Part shown: piece after piece, positions 12,001 to 24,900 of the stretch | Position numbering within the stretch: position 1 is the first letter of the stretch | Layout of the letters: each line of letters starts with the position of its first letter | From: Eledone cirrhosa | Taxonomy: Eukaryota | Direction: 5' to 3' | DNA length: 64,000 nucleotides | NCBI GenBank assembly: GCA_964016885.1 | Contig: OZ024743.1 | Location: forward strand, 277,326,001 to 277,390,000 | Program-made: the position numbers and the translations under genes | Notes under the pieces: generated by a model | Told to the model about the DNA's origin: nothing | Database searches by the model: none | The model's input: only the letters and a program-made list of their open reading frames with translations

Positions 12001-15000
12001 GGTGGTTGTGGTTGGCGTTGTGGTTGTTGTGGTTGGCGTTGTGGTGCTGGTGGTTGGAGTTGTGGTGGTTGTGGTTGGCGTTGTGGTTGTTGTGGTTGGC
12101 GTTGTGGTGGTTGTGGTTGGCGTTGTGGTGGTTGTGGTTGGCGTTGTGGTGGTTGTGGTTGGCGTTGTGGTTGTTGAGGTTGGCGTTGTGGTGGTTGTGG
12201 TTGGCGTTGTGGTAGTTGTGGTTGGCGTTGTGGTGGTTGTGGTTGACGTTGTGGTTGTGGTTGGCGTTGTGGTGGTTGTGGTTGGTGGTTTTGGTGGTTG
12301 TGGTTGCCGTTGTGGTTGGCGTTGTAGTGGTTGTGGTTGGCGTTGTGGTGGTTGTGGTTGGAGTTGTGGTGGTTGTGGTTGGCGTTGTGGTGGTTGTGGT
12401 TGGCGTTGTGGTGGTTGTGGTTGGCGTTGTGGTGGTTGTGGTTGCCGTTGTGGTTGGCGTTGTGGTGGTTGTGGTTGGAGTTGTGGTGGTTGTGGTTGGC
12501 GTTGTGGTGGTTGTGGTTGGCGTTGTGGTTGTTGTGGTTGGCGTTGTGGTGGTTGTGGTTGGCGTTGTGGTGGTAGTGGTTGGCGTTGTAGTGGTTGTGG
12601 TTGGCGTTGTGGTGGCTGTGGTTGGCGTTGTGGTGGTTGTGGTTGGCGTTGTGGTGGTTGTGGTTGGCGTTGTGGTGGTTGTGGTTGCCGTTGTGGTTGG
12701 CGTTGTGGTGGTTGTGGTTGGAGTTGTGGTGGTTGTGGTTGGCGTTGTGGTGGTTGTGGTTGGCGTTGTGGTGGTTGTGGTTGGCGTTGTGGTGGTTGTG
12801 GTTGCCGTTGTGGTTGGCGTTGTGGTGGTTGTGGTTGGAGTTGTGGTGGTTGTGGTTGGCGTTGTGGTGGTTGTGGTTGGAGTTGTGGTGGTTGTGGTTG
12901 GCGTTGTGGTGGTTGTGGTTGGCGTTGTGGTGGTTGTGGTTGGCGTTGTGGTGGTTGTGGTTGGCGTTGTGGTTGTTGTGGTTGGCGTTGTGGTTGTTGT
13001 GGTTGGCGTTGTGGTGGTTGTGGTTGGCGTTGTGGTGGTAGTGGTTGGCGTTGTGGTTGTTGTGGTTGGCGTTTTGGTTGTTGTGGTTGGCGTTGTGGTG
13101 GTTGTGGTTGGAGTTGTGGTGGTTGTGGTTGGCGTTGTGGTTGTTGTGGTTGACGTTGTGGTTGTTATGGATGGCGTTGAGGTTGTTGTGGTTGGCGTTG
13201 TGGTGGTTGTGGTTGGCGTTGTGGTGGTTGTGGTTGGCGTTGTGGTGGTTGTTGTTGGCGTTGTGGTGGTTGTGGTTGGAGTTGTGGTGGTTGTGGTTGG
13301 CGTTGTGGTTGTTGTGGTTGGCGTTGTGGTGGTTGTGGTTGGAGTTGTGGTTGTTGTGGTTGGCGTTATGGTGGTTGTGATTGGCGTTGTGGTGGTTGTG
13401 GTTGGCGTTGTGGTGGTTGTGGTTGGCGTTGTGGTTGTTGTGGTTGGCGTTGTGGTTGTTATGGATGGCGTTGTGGTTGTTGTGGTTGGCGTTGTGGTGG
13501 TTGTGGTTGGCGTTGTGGTGGTTGTGGTTGGCGTTGTGGTTGTTGTGGTTGGCGTTGTGGTGCTGGTGGTTGGAGTTGTGGTGGTTGTGATTGGCGTTGT
13601 GGTTGTTGTGGTTGGCGTTGTGGTGGTTGTGGTTGGCGTTTTGGTGGTTGTGGTTGGCGTTGTGGTTGTTGTGGTTGGCGTTATGGTGGTTGTAGTTGGC
13701 GTTGTGGTTGTTGTGGTTGGCGTTGTGGTGCTGGTGGTTGGAGTTGTGGTGGTTGTGGTTGGCGTTGTGGTTGTTGTGGTTGGCGTTGAAGTGGCTGTGG
13801 TTGGCGTTGTGGTGGTTGTGGTTGGCGTTGTGGTGGTTGTGGTTGGCGTTGTGGTTGTTGAGGTTGGCGTTGAGGTGGTTGTGGTTGGCGTTGTGGTAGT
13901 TGTGGTTGGCGTTGTGGTGGTTGTGGTTGGCGTTGTGGTTGTTGTGGTTGGCGTTGTGGTGGTTGTGGTTGGTGGTTTTGGTGGTTTTGGTTGCCATTGT
14001 GGTTGGCGTTGTGGTGGTTGTGGTTGGAGTTGTGGTGGTTGTGGTTGGCGTTTTGGTGGTTGTGGTTGGCGTTGTGGTGGTTGTGGTTGGCGTTGTGGTG
14101 GTTGTGGTTGGCGTTGTGGTGTTTGTGGTTGCCGTTGTGGTTGGCGTTGTGGTGGTTGTGGTTGGAGTTGTGGTAGTTGTGGTTGGCGTTGTGGTGGTTG
14201 TGGTTGGCGTTGTGGTGGTTGTGGTTGGCGTTGTGGTGGTTGTGGTTGCCGTTGTGGTTGGCGTTGTGGTGGTTGTGGTTGGAGTTGTGGTGGTTGTGGT
14301 TGGCGTTGTGGTGGTTGTGTTTGGAGTTGTGGTGGTTGTGGTTGGCGTTGTGGTGGTTGTGGTTGGCGTTGTGGTGGTTGTGGTTGGCGTTGTGGTGGTT
14401 GTGGTTGGCGTTGTGGTTGTTGTGGTTGGCGTTATGGTTGTTGTGGTTGGCGTTGTGGTGGTTGTGGTTGGCGTTGTGGTTGTTGTGGTTGGCGTTGTGG
14501 TTGTTGTGGTTGGCGTTGTGGTGGTTGTGGTTGGAGTTGTGGTGGTTGTGGTTGGCGTTGTGGTGGTTGTGGTTGGCGTTGTGGTGGTTGTGGTGGGCGT
14601 TGTGGTGGTTGTGGTTGCCGTTGTGGTTGGCGTTGTGGTGGTTGTGGTTCGGGTTGTGGTGGTTGTGGTTGGCGTTGTGGTTGTTGTAGTTGGCGTTGTG
14701 GTGCTGGTGGTTGGAGTTGTGGTGGTTGTGGTTGGTGTTGTGGTGGTTGAGGTTGGCGTTGTGGTGGTTGTGGTTGGCGTTTTGGTGGTTGTGGTTGGCG
14801 TTTTGGTGGTTGTGGTTGGCGTTGTGGTGGTTGTGGTTGGCGTTGTGGTGGTTGTGGTTGGTGTTGTGTTGGTTGAGGTTGGCGCTGTGGTGGTTGTGGT
14901 TGGTGTTGTGGTGGTTGAGGTTGGCGTTGTGGTTGGCGTTGTGGTTGTTGTGGTTGGCGTTGTGGTGGTTGTGGTTGGCGTTGTGGTGGTTGTGGTTGGC

Positions 15001-15957
15001 GTTCTGGTGGTTGTTGTCTGCGTTGTGGTGGTTGTTGTCGGCGTTGTGGTGGTTGTGGTTGGCGTTGTGGTTGTTGTGGTTGGCGTTCTGGTGGTTGTGG
15101 TTGGAGTTGTGGTGGTTGTGGTCGGCGTTGTGGTGGTTCTGGTTGGCGTTGTGGTTGTTGTGGTCGGCGTTGTGGTGGTTGTGGTTGGCGTTGTGGTTGT
15201 TGTGGTTGGCGTTCTGGTGGTTGTGGTTGGAGTTGTGGTGGTTGTGGTCGGCGTTGTGGTGGTTGTGGTTGGCGTTGTGGTTGTTGTGATTGGCGTTGTG
15301 GTGGTTGTGGTTGGTGTTGTGGTGGTTGTGGTTGGCGTTGTTGTGGTTGTGGTTGGCGTTGTGGTTGTTGTGGTTGGCGTTGTGGTGGTTGTGGTTGGCG
15401 TTGTGGTATGTGTGGTTGGCGTTGTGGTGGTTGTGGTTGGGGTTGTGGTTGTTGTGGTTGGCGTTGTGGTGGTTGTGGTTGGTGGTTTTGGTGGTTGTGG
15501 TTGGCGTTGTGGTGGTTGTGTTTGGCGTTGTGGAGGTTGTGGTTGGCGTGGTGGTTGTATGTGGTTGGCGTTGTGGTGGTTGTGGTTGGCGTTGTGGTTG
15601 TTGTGGTTGGCGTTTGCCCGGTTGTGGTTGGAGTTGTGGTGGTTGTGTTTGGCGTTGTGGTTGTTGTGGTTGGAGTTGTGGTGGTTGTGGTTGGCGATGT
15701 GGTGGTTGTGGTTGGCGTTGTGGTGGTTGTGGTTGGAGTTGTGGTGGTTGTGGTTGGCGTTGTGGTTGTTGTGGTTGGAAATGTGGTGGTTGTGGTTGGC
15801 GTTGTGGTGGTTGTGGTTGGCGTTGTGGTGGTTGTGGTTGGCGTTGTGGTGGTTGTGGTTGGTGTTGTGGTGGTTGTGGTTGGCCTTGTAGTGGTTGTGG
15901 TTGGCGTTGTGGTGGTTGTGGTTAGCGTTGTGGTGGTTGTGGTTGGTGTTGTGGTGG
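1..15957 (-). pseudogene. Frameshift-rich continuation of the mucin-like repeat (non-coding tail, decayed exon, or assembly artefact)
   Basis: Same repeat with many +1/-1 units; minus-strand ORFs (5892-7808, 11997-13997) switch between T-, N/H- and Q/P-rich frames. Confidence 0.4.
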
Positions 15958-18900
15958 TTATGGTTGGCCTTGTGGTGGTTGTGGTTGGCGTTTTGGTGGT
16001 TGTGGTTGGTGTTGTGGTGGTTGTGGTTGGTGTTGTGGTGGTTGTGGTTGGCCTTGTGGTGGTTGTGGTTGGCGTTGTGGTGGTTGTGGTTGGCGTTGTG
16101 GTGGTTGTGGTTGGTGTTGTGGTGGTTGTGGTTGGCCTTGTGGTGGTTGTGGTTGGCGTTTTGGTGGTTGTGGTTGGTGTTGTGGTGGTTGTGGTTGGCG
16201 TTGTGGTGGTTGTGGTTGGCGTTGTGGTGGTTGTGGTTGGTGTTGTGGTGGTTGTGGTTGGCCTTGTGGTGGTTGTGGTTGGCGTTGTGGTGGTTGTGGT
16301 TGGTGTTGTGGTGGTTGTGGTTGGCCTTGTGGTGGTTGTGGTTGGTGTTGTGGTGGTTGTGGTTGGTGTTGTGGTGGTTGTGGTTGGCCTTGTGGTGGTT
16401 GTGGTTGGCGTTGTGGTGGTTGTGGTTGGCGTTGTGGTGGTTGTGGTTGGTGTTGTGGTGGTTGTGGTTGGCCTTGTGGTGGTTGTGGTTGGCGTTTTGG
16501 TGGTTGTGGTTGGTGTTGAGGTGGTTGTGGTTGGCGTTGTGGTGGTTGTGGTTGGCGTTGTGGTGGTTGTGGTTGGTGTTGTGGTGGTTGTGGTTGGCCT
16601 TGTGGTGGTTGTGGTTGGCGTTGTGGTGGTTGTGGTTGGCGTTGTGGTGGTTGTGGTTGGTTTTGTGGTGGTTGTGGTTGGCCTTTTGGTGGTTGTGGTT
16701 GGCGTTTTGGTGGTTGTGGTTGGTGTTGTGGTGGTTGTGGTTGGCGTTGTGGTGGTTGTGGTTGGTGTTGTGGTGGTTGTGGTTGGCCTTGTGGTGGTTG
16801 TGGTTGGTGTTGTGGTGGTTGTGGTTGGTGTTGTGGTGGTTGTGGTTGGCCTTGTGGTGGTTGTGGTTGGTGTTGTGGTGGTTGTGGTTGGCCTTGTGGT
16901 GGTTGTGGTTGGCGTTTTGGTGGTTGTGGTTGGTGTTGTGGTGGTTGTGGTTGGCGTTGTGGTGGTTGTGGTTGGCGTTGTGGTGGTTGTGGTTGGTGTT
17001 GTGGTGGTTGTGGTTGGCCTTGTGGTGGTTGTGGTTGGTGTTGTGGTGGTTGTGGTTGGTGTTGTGGTGGTTGTGGTTGGCGTTGTGGTGGTTGTGGTTG
17101 GCGTTGTGGTGGTTGTGGTTGGTGTTGTGGTGGTTGTGGTTGGCCTTGTGGTGGTTGTGGTTGGCGTTTTGGTGGTTGTGGTTGGCGTTGTGGTGGTTGT
17201 GGTTGGTGTTGTGGTGGTTGTGGTTGGCGTTGTGGTGGTTGTGGTTGGTGTTGTGGTGGTTGTTGTTGGCGTTGTGGTGGTTGTGGTTGGCGTTGTGGTT
17301 GTTGTGGTTGGCGTTGTGGTGGTTGTGGTTGGTGTTGTGGTGGTTGTGGTTGGCGTTGTGGTGGTTGTGGTTGGCGTTGTGGTTGTTGTGGTTGGCGTTG
17401 TGGTGGTTGTGGTTGGCGTTGTGGTATGTGTGGTTGGCGTTGTGGTGGTTGTGGTTGGGGTTGTGGTTGTTGTGGTTGGCGTTGTGGTGGTTGTGGTTGG
17501 TGGTTTTGGTGGTTGTGGTTGGCGTTGTGGTGGTTGTGTTTGGCGTTGTGGTGGTTGTGGTTGGCGTGGTGGTTGTATGTGGTTGGCGTTGTGGTGGTTG
17601 TGGTTGGCGTTGTGGTTGTTGTGGTTGGCGTTTGCCCCGTTGTGGTTGGAGTTGTGGTGGTTGTGTTTGGCGTTGTGGTTGTTGTGGTTGGAGTTGTGGT
17701 GGTTGTGGTTGGCGATGTGGTGGTTGTGGTTGGCGTTGTGGTGGTTGTGGTTGGAGTTGTGGTGGTTGTGGTTGGCGTTGTGGTTGTTGTGGTTGGAATT
17801 GTGGTGGTTGTGGCTGGCGTTGTGGTGGTTGTGGTTGGCGTTGTGGTGGTTGTGGTTGGCGTTGTGGTGGTTGTGGTTGGTGTTGTGGTGGTTGTGGTTG
17901 GCCTTGTAGTGGTTGTGGTTGGCGTTGTGGTGGTTGTGGTTGCTGTTGTGGTGGTTGTGGTTGGCCTTGTGGTGGTTGTGGTTGGCGTTTTGGTGGTTGT
18001 GGTTGGTGTTGTGGTGGTTGTGGTTGGTGTTGTGGTGGTTGTGGTTGGCCTTGTGGTGGTTGTGGTTGGCGTTGTGGTGGTTGTGGTTGGCGTTGTGGTG
18101 GTTGTGGTTGGTGTTGTGGTGGTTGTGATTGGCCTTGTGGTGGTTGTGGTTGGCGTTTTGGTGGTTGTGGTTGGTGTTGTGGTGGTTGTGGTTGGCGTTG
18201 TGGTGGTTGTGGTTGGCGTTGTGGTGGTTGTGGTTGGTGTTGTGGTGGTTGTGGTTGGCCTTGTGGTGGTTGTGGTTGGTGTTATCGTGGTTGTGGTTGG
18301 TGTTGTGGTGGTTGTGGTTGGCCTTGTGGTGGTTGTGGTTGGCGTTGTGGTGGTTGTGGTTGGCGTTGTGGTGGTTGTGGTTGGTGTTGTGGTGGTTGTG
18401 GTTGGCCTTGTGGTGGTTGTGGTTGGCGTTATGGTGGTTGTGGTTGGTGTTGTGGTGGTTGTGGTTGGCGTTGTGGTGGTTGTGGTTGGCGTTGTGGTGG
18501 TTGTGGTTGGTGTTGTGGTGGTTGTGGTTGGCCTTGTGGTGGTTGTGGTTGGCGTTGTGGTGGTTGTGGTTGGCGTTGTGGTGGTTGTGGTTGGTTTTGT
18601 GGTGGTTGTGGTTGGCCTTTTGGTGGTTGTGGTTGGCGTTTTGGTGGTTGTGGTTGGTGTTGTGGTGGTTGTGGTTGGCGTTGTGGTGGTTGTGGTTGGT
18701 GTTGTGGTGGTTGTGGTTGGCCTTGTGGTGGTTGTGGTTGGTGTTGTGGTGGTTGTGGTTGGTGTTGTGGTGGTTGTGGTTGGCCTTGTGGTGGTTGTGG
18801 TTGGCGTTGTGGTGGTTGTGGTTGGCGTTGTGGTGGTTGTGGTTGGTGTTGTGGTGGTTGTGGTTGGCCTTGTGGTGGTTGTGGTTGGCGTTTTGGTGGT

Positions 18901-21900
18901 TGTGGTTGGTGTTGTGGTGGTTGTGGTTGGCGTTGTGGTGGTTTTGGTTGGCGTTGTGGTGGTTGTGGTTGGTGTTGTGGTGGTTGTGTTTGGCCTTGTG
19001 GTGGTTGTGGTTGGTGTTGTGGTGGTTGTGGTTGGTGTTGTGGTGGTTGTGGTTGGCGTTGTGGTGGTTGTGGTTGGTGTTGTGGTGATTGTGGTTGGCC
19101 TTGTGGTGGTTGTGGTTGGCGTTTTGGTGGTTGTGGTTGGTGTTGTGGTGGTTGTGGTTGGCGTTGTGGTGGTTTTGGTTGGCGTTGTGGTGGTTGTGGT
19201 TGGTGTTGTGGTGGTTGTGGTTAGCCTTGTGGTGGTTGTGGTTGGTGTTGTGGTGGTTGTGGTTGGTGTTGTGGTGGTTGTGGTTGGCGTTGTGGTGGTT
19301 GTGGTTGGCGTTGTGGTGGTTGTGGTTGGTGTTGTGGTGGTTGTGGTTGGCCTTATGGTGGTTGTGGTTGGCGTTTTGGTGGTTGTGGTTGGCGTTGTGG
19401 TGGTTGTGGTTGGTGTTGTGGTGGTTGTGGTTGGCGTTGTGGTGGTTGTGGTTGGTGTTGTGGTGGTTGTTGTTGGCCTTGTGGTGGTTGTGGTTGGCGT
19501 TGTGATGGTTGTGGTTGGCGTTGTGGTGGTTGTGATTGGCGTTGTGGTGGTTGTGGTTGGTGTTGTGGTGGTTGAGGTTGGCGTTGTGGTGGTTGTGGTT
19601 GGCGTTTTGGTGGTTGTGGTTGGCGTTGTGGTGGTTGTGGTTGGTGTTGTGGTGGTTGAGGTTGGCGTTGTGGTGGTTGTGGTTGGCGTTTTGGTGGTTG
19701 TGGTTGGCGTTTTGGTGGTTGTGGTTGGCGTTGTGGTGGTTGTGGTTGGCGTTGTGGTGGTTGTGGTTGGTGTTGTGGTGGTTGAGGTTGGCGTTGTGGT
19801 GGTTGTGGTTGGCATTTTGGTGGTTGTGGTTGGCGTTGTGGTGGTTGTGGTTGGCGTTGTGGTGGTTGTGGTTGGTGTTTTGGTGGTTGAGGTTGGCGTT
19901 GTGGTTGGCGTTGTGGTTGTTGTGGTTGGCGTTGTGGTGGTTCTGGTTGGCGTTGTGGTTGTTGTGGTTGGCGTTGTGGTGGTTGTGGTTGGCGTTGTGG
20001 TTGTTGTGGTTGGCGTTCTGGTGGTTGTGGTCTGCGTTGTGGTGGTTCTGGTTGGCGTTGTGGTTGTTGTGGTTGGCGTTGTGGTGGTTGTGGTCGGCGT
20101 TGTGGTTGTTGTGGTTGGCGTTCTGGTGGTTGGGGTTGGAATTGTGGTGGTTGTGGTTGGCGTTGTGGTGGTTGTGGTTGGCGTTGTGGTGGTTGTGGTT
20201 GGCGTTGTGGTGGTTGTGGTTGGTGTTGTGGTGGTTGTGGTTGGCCTTGTAGTGGTTGTGGTTGGCGTTGTGGTGGTTGTGGTTGGCGTTGTGGTGGTTG
20301 TGGTTGGTGTTGTGGTGGTTGTGGTTGGCCTTGTGGTTGTTGTGGTTGGCGTTTTGGTGGTTGTGGTTGGTGTTGTGGTGGTTGTGGTTGGTGTTGTGGT
20401 GGTTGTGGTTGGCCTTGTGGTGGTTGTGGTTGGCGTTGTGGTGGTTGTGGTTGGCGTTGTGGTGGTTGTGGTTGGTGTTGTGGTGGTTGTGGTTGGCCTT
20501 GTGGTGGTTGTGGTTGGCGTTGTGGTGGTTGTGGTTGGTGTTGTGGTGGTTGTGGTTGGCGTTGTGGTGGTTGTGGTTGGCGTTGTGGTGGTTGTGGTTG
20601 GTGTTGTGGTGGTTGTGGTTGGCCTTGTGGTGGTTGTGGTTGGTGTTGTGGTGGTTGTGGTTGGTGTTATCGTGGTTGTGGTTGGCCTTGTGGTGGTTGT
20701 GGTTGGCGTTGTGGTGGTTGTGGTTGGTTTTGTGGTGGTTGTGGTTGGCCTTTTGGTGGTTGTGGTTGGCGTTTTGGTGGTTGTGTTTGGTGTTGTGGTG
20801 GTTGTGGTTGGCGTTGTGGTGGTTGTGGTTGGTGTTGTGGTGGTTGTGTTTGGCCTTGTGGTGGTTGTGGTTGGTGTTGTGGTGGTTGTGGTTGGTGTTG
20901 TGGTGGTTGTGGTTGGCCTTGTGGTGGTTGTGGTTGGCGTTGTGGTGGTTGTGGTTGGTGTTGTGGTGGTTGTGGTTGGCCTTGTGGTGGTTGTGGTTGG
21001 CGTTTTGGTGGTTGTGGTTGGTGTTGTGGTGGTTGTGGTTGGCGTTGTGGTGGTTGTGGTTGGCGTTGTGGTGGTTGTGGTTGGTGTTGTGGTGGTTGTG
21101 GTTGGCCTTGTGGTGGTTGTGGTTGGTGTTGTGGTGGTTGTGGTTGGTGTTGTGGTGGTTGTGGTTGGCGTTGTGGTGGTTGTGGTTGGCGTTGTGGTGG
21201 TTGTGGTTGGTGTTGTGGTGGTTGTGGTTGGCCTTGTGGTGGTTGTGGTTGGCGTTTTGGTGGTTGTGGTTGGCGTTGTGGTGGTTGTGGTTGGTGTTGT
21301 GGTGGTTGTGGTTGGCGTTGTGGTGGTTGTGGTTGGCGTTGTGATGGTTGTGGTTGGCGTTGTGGTGGTTGTGATTGGCGTTGTGGTGGTTGTGGTTGGC
21401 GTTGTGGTGGTTGAGGTTGGCGTTGTGGTGGTTGTGGTTGGCGTTTTGGTGGTTGTGGTTGGCGTTGTGGTGGTTGTGGTTGGTGTTGTGGTGGTTGAGG
21501 TTGGCGTTGTGGTGGTTGTGGTTGGCGTTTTGGTGGTTGAGGTTGGCGTTGTGGTGGTTGTGGTTGGCGTTTTGGTGGTTGTGGTTGGCGTTGTGGTGGT
21601 TGTGGTTGGTGTTGTGGTGGTTGAGGTTGGCGTTGTGGTGGTTGTGGTTGGCATTTTGGTGGTTGTGGTTGGCGTTGTGGTGGTTGTGGTTGGCGTTGTG
21701 GTGGTTGTGGTTGGTGTTTTGGTGGTTGAGGTTGTCGTTGTGGTAGGCGTTGTGGTTGTTGTGGTTGGCGTTGTGGTGGTTCTGGTTGGCGTTGTGGTTG
21801 TTGTGGTTGGCGTTGTGGTGGTTGTGGTTGGCGTTGTGGTTGTTGTGGTTGGCGTTCTGGTGGTTGTGGTCTGCGTTGTGGTGGTTCTGGTTGGCGTTGT

Positions 21901-24900
21901 GGTTGTTGTGGTTGGCGTTGTGGTGGTTGTGGTCGGCGTTGTGGTTGTTGTGGTTGGCGTTCTGGTGGTTGTGGTTGGAATTGTGGTGGTTGTGGTTGGC
22001 GTTGTGGTGGTTGTGGTTGGCGTTGTGGTGGTTGTGGTTGGCGTTGTGGTGGTTGTTGTTAGTGTTGTGGTGGTTGTGGTTGGCCTTGTAGTGGTTGTGC
22101 TTGGCGTTGTGGTGGTTGTGGTTGGCGTTGTGGTGGTTGTGGTTGGTGTTGTGGTGGTTGTGGTTGGCCTTGTGGTGGTTGTGGTTGGCGTTTTGGTGGT
22201 TGTGGTTGGTGTTGTGGTGGTTGTGGTTGGTGTTGTGGTGGTTGTGGTTGGCCTTGTGGTGGTTCTGGTTGGCGTTGTGGTGGTTGTGGTTGGCGTTGTG
22301 GTGGTTGTGGTTGGTGTTGTGGTGGTTGTGGTTGGCCTTGTGGTGGTTGTGGTTGGCGTTTTGGTGGTTGTGGTTTGTGTTGTGGTGGTTGTGGTTGGCG
22401 TTGTGGTGGTTGTGGTTGGCGTTGTGGTGGTTGTGGTTGGTGTTGTGGTGGTTGTGGTTGGCCTTGTGGTGGTTGTGGTTGGTGTTGTGGTGGTTGTGGT
22501 TGGTGTTGTGGTGGTTGTGGTTGGCCTTGTGGTGGTTGTGGTTGGCGTTGTGGTGGTTGTGGTTGGCGTTGTGGTGGTTGTGGTTGGTTTTGTGGTGGTT
22601 GTGGTTGGCCTTTTGGTGGTTGTGGTTGGCGTTTTGGTGGTTGTGGTTGGTGTTGTGGTGGTTGTGGTTGGCGTTGTGGTGGTTGTGGTTGGTGTTGTGG
22701 TGGTTGTGGTTGGCCTTGTGGTGGTTGTGATTGGTGTTGTGGTGGTTGTGGTTGGTGTTGTGGTGGTTGTGGTTGGCCTTGTGGTGGTTGTGGTTGGCGT
22801 TGTGGTGGTTGTGGTTGGCGTTGTGGTGGTTGTGGTTGGTGTTGTGGTGGTTGTGGTTGGCCTTGTGGTGGTTGTGGTTGGCGTTTTGGTGGTTGTGGTT
22901 GGTGTTGTGGTGGTTGTGGTTGGCGTTGTGGTGGTTGTGGTTGGCGTTGTGGTGGTTGTGGTTGGTGTTGTGGTGGTTGTGGTTGGCCTTGTGGTGGTTG
23001 TGGTTGGTGTTGTGGTGGTTGTGGTTGGTGTTGTGGTGGTTGTGGTTGGCGTTGTGGTGGTTGTGGTTGGCGTTGTGGTGGTTGTGGTTGGTGTTGTGGT
23101 GGTTGTGGTTGGCCTTGTGGTGGTTGTGGTTGGCGTTTTAGTGGTTGTGGTTGGCGTTGTGGTGGTTGTGGTTGGTGTTGTGGTGGTTGTGGTTGGCGTT
23201 GTGGTGGTTGTGGTTGGCGTTGTGATGGTTGTGGTTGGCGTTGTGGTTGTGATTGGCGTTGTCGTGGTTGTGGTTGGTGTTGTGGTGGTTGAGGTTGGCG
23301 TTGTGGTGGTTGTGGTTGGCGTTTTGGTGGTTGTGGTTGGCGTTGTGGTGGTTGTGGTTGGTGTTGTGGTGGTTGAGGTTGGCGTTGTGGTGGTTGTGGT
23401 TGGCGTTTTGGTGGTTGTGGTTGGCGTTTTGGTGGTTGTGGTTGGCGTTGTGGTGGTTGTGGTTGCCGTTGTGGTTGGCGTTGTGGTGGTTGTGGTTGGT
23501 GTTGTGGTGGTTGAGGTTGGCGTTGTGGTGGTTGTGGTTGGCATTTTGGTGGTTGTGGTTGGCGTTGTGGTGGTTGTGGTTGGCCTTGTGGTGGTTGTGG
23601 TTGGTGTTTTGGTGGTTGAGGTTGGCGTTGTGGTTGGCGTTGTGGTTGTTGTGGTTGGCGTTGTGGTGGTTCTGGTTGGCGTTGTGGTTGTTGTGGTTGG
23701 CGTTGTGGTGGTTGTGGTTGGCGTTGTGGTTGTTGTGGTTGGCGTTCTGGTGGTTGTGGTCTGCGTTGTGGTGGTTGTGGTTGGCGTTGTGGTTGTTGTG
23801 GTTGGAGTTGTGGTGGTTGTGGTCGGCGTTGTGGTTGTTGTGGTTGGCGTTCTGGTGGTTGTGGTTGGAGTTGTGGTGGTTGTGGTCGGCGTTGTGGTGG
23901 TTCTGGTTGGCGTTGTGGTTGTTGTGGTTGGCGTTGTGGTTGTTGTGGTTGGCGTTGTGGTTGTTGTGGTTAGAGTTGTGGTGGTTGTGGTTGGCGTTGT
24001 GTTTGTTGTGGTTGGCGTTGTGGTTGTTGTGGTTGGCGTTGTGGTTGCTGTGGTTGGCGTTGTGGTTGTTGCGGTTAGAGTTGTGGTTGTTGTGGTTGGC
24101 GTTGTGGTTGTTGTGGTTGGCGTTGTGGTTGTTGTGGTTAGAGTTGTGGTGGTTGTGGTTGGCGTTGTGGTGGTTGTGGTTGGCGTTCTGGTGGTTGTGG
24201 TTGGCGTTGTGGTGGTTGTGGTTGGCGTTTTGGTTGTTGTGCTTAGAGTTGTGGTGGTTGTGGTTGGCGTTGTGGTTGTTGTGGTTGGCGTTCTGGTGGT
24301 TGTGGTTGGCGTTGTGGTGGTTGTGGTTGGCGTTGTGGTTGTTGTGGTTGGCGTTGTGGTGGTTGCCGTTGTGGTTGTGATTGTTGTGGTTGGCGTTGTG
24401 GTGGTTGTGGTTGGCGTTGTGGTGGTTGTGGTTGGCGTTGTGGTTGTTGTGGTTGGCGTTGTGGTGGTTGTGGTTGGCGTTGTGGTGATTGTGGTTGGCG
24501 TTGTGGTGGTTGTGGTTGGCGTTGTGGTGGTTGTGGTTGGCGTTGTGGTGGTTGTGGTTAGAGTTGTGGTGGTTGTGGTTGGCGTTGTGGTGGTTGTGGT
24601 TGGCGTTGTGGTGGTTGTGTTTGGCGTTGTGGTTGTTGTGGTTGGCGTTGTGGTGGTTGTGGTTGGCGTTGTAGTTGGCGTTGTGGTTGTTGTGGTTGGC
24701 GTTGGCGCGGTTGTGGTTGGCGTTGTGTTGCTTGTGGTTGGCGTTGTGGTTGTTGTGGTTGGCGTTCTGGTGGTTGTGGTTGGCGTTGTGGTGGTTGTGG
24801 TTGAGCTTGTGGTTGTTGTGGTTGGTGTTGTGGTTGGTGTTGTGGTTGTTGTGGTTGGCTTTGGCGCGGTTGTGGTTGGCGTTGTGTTGGTTGTGGTTGG

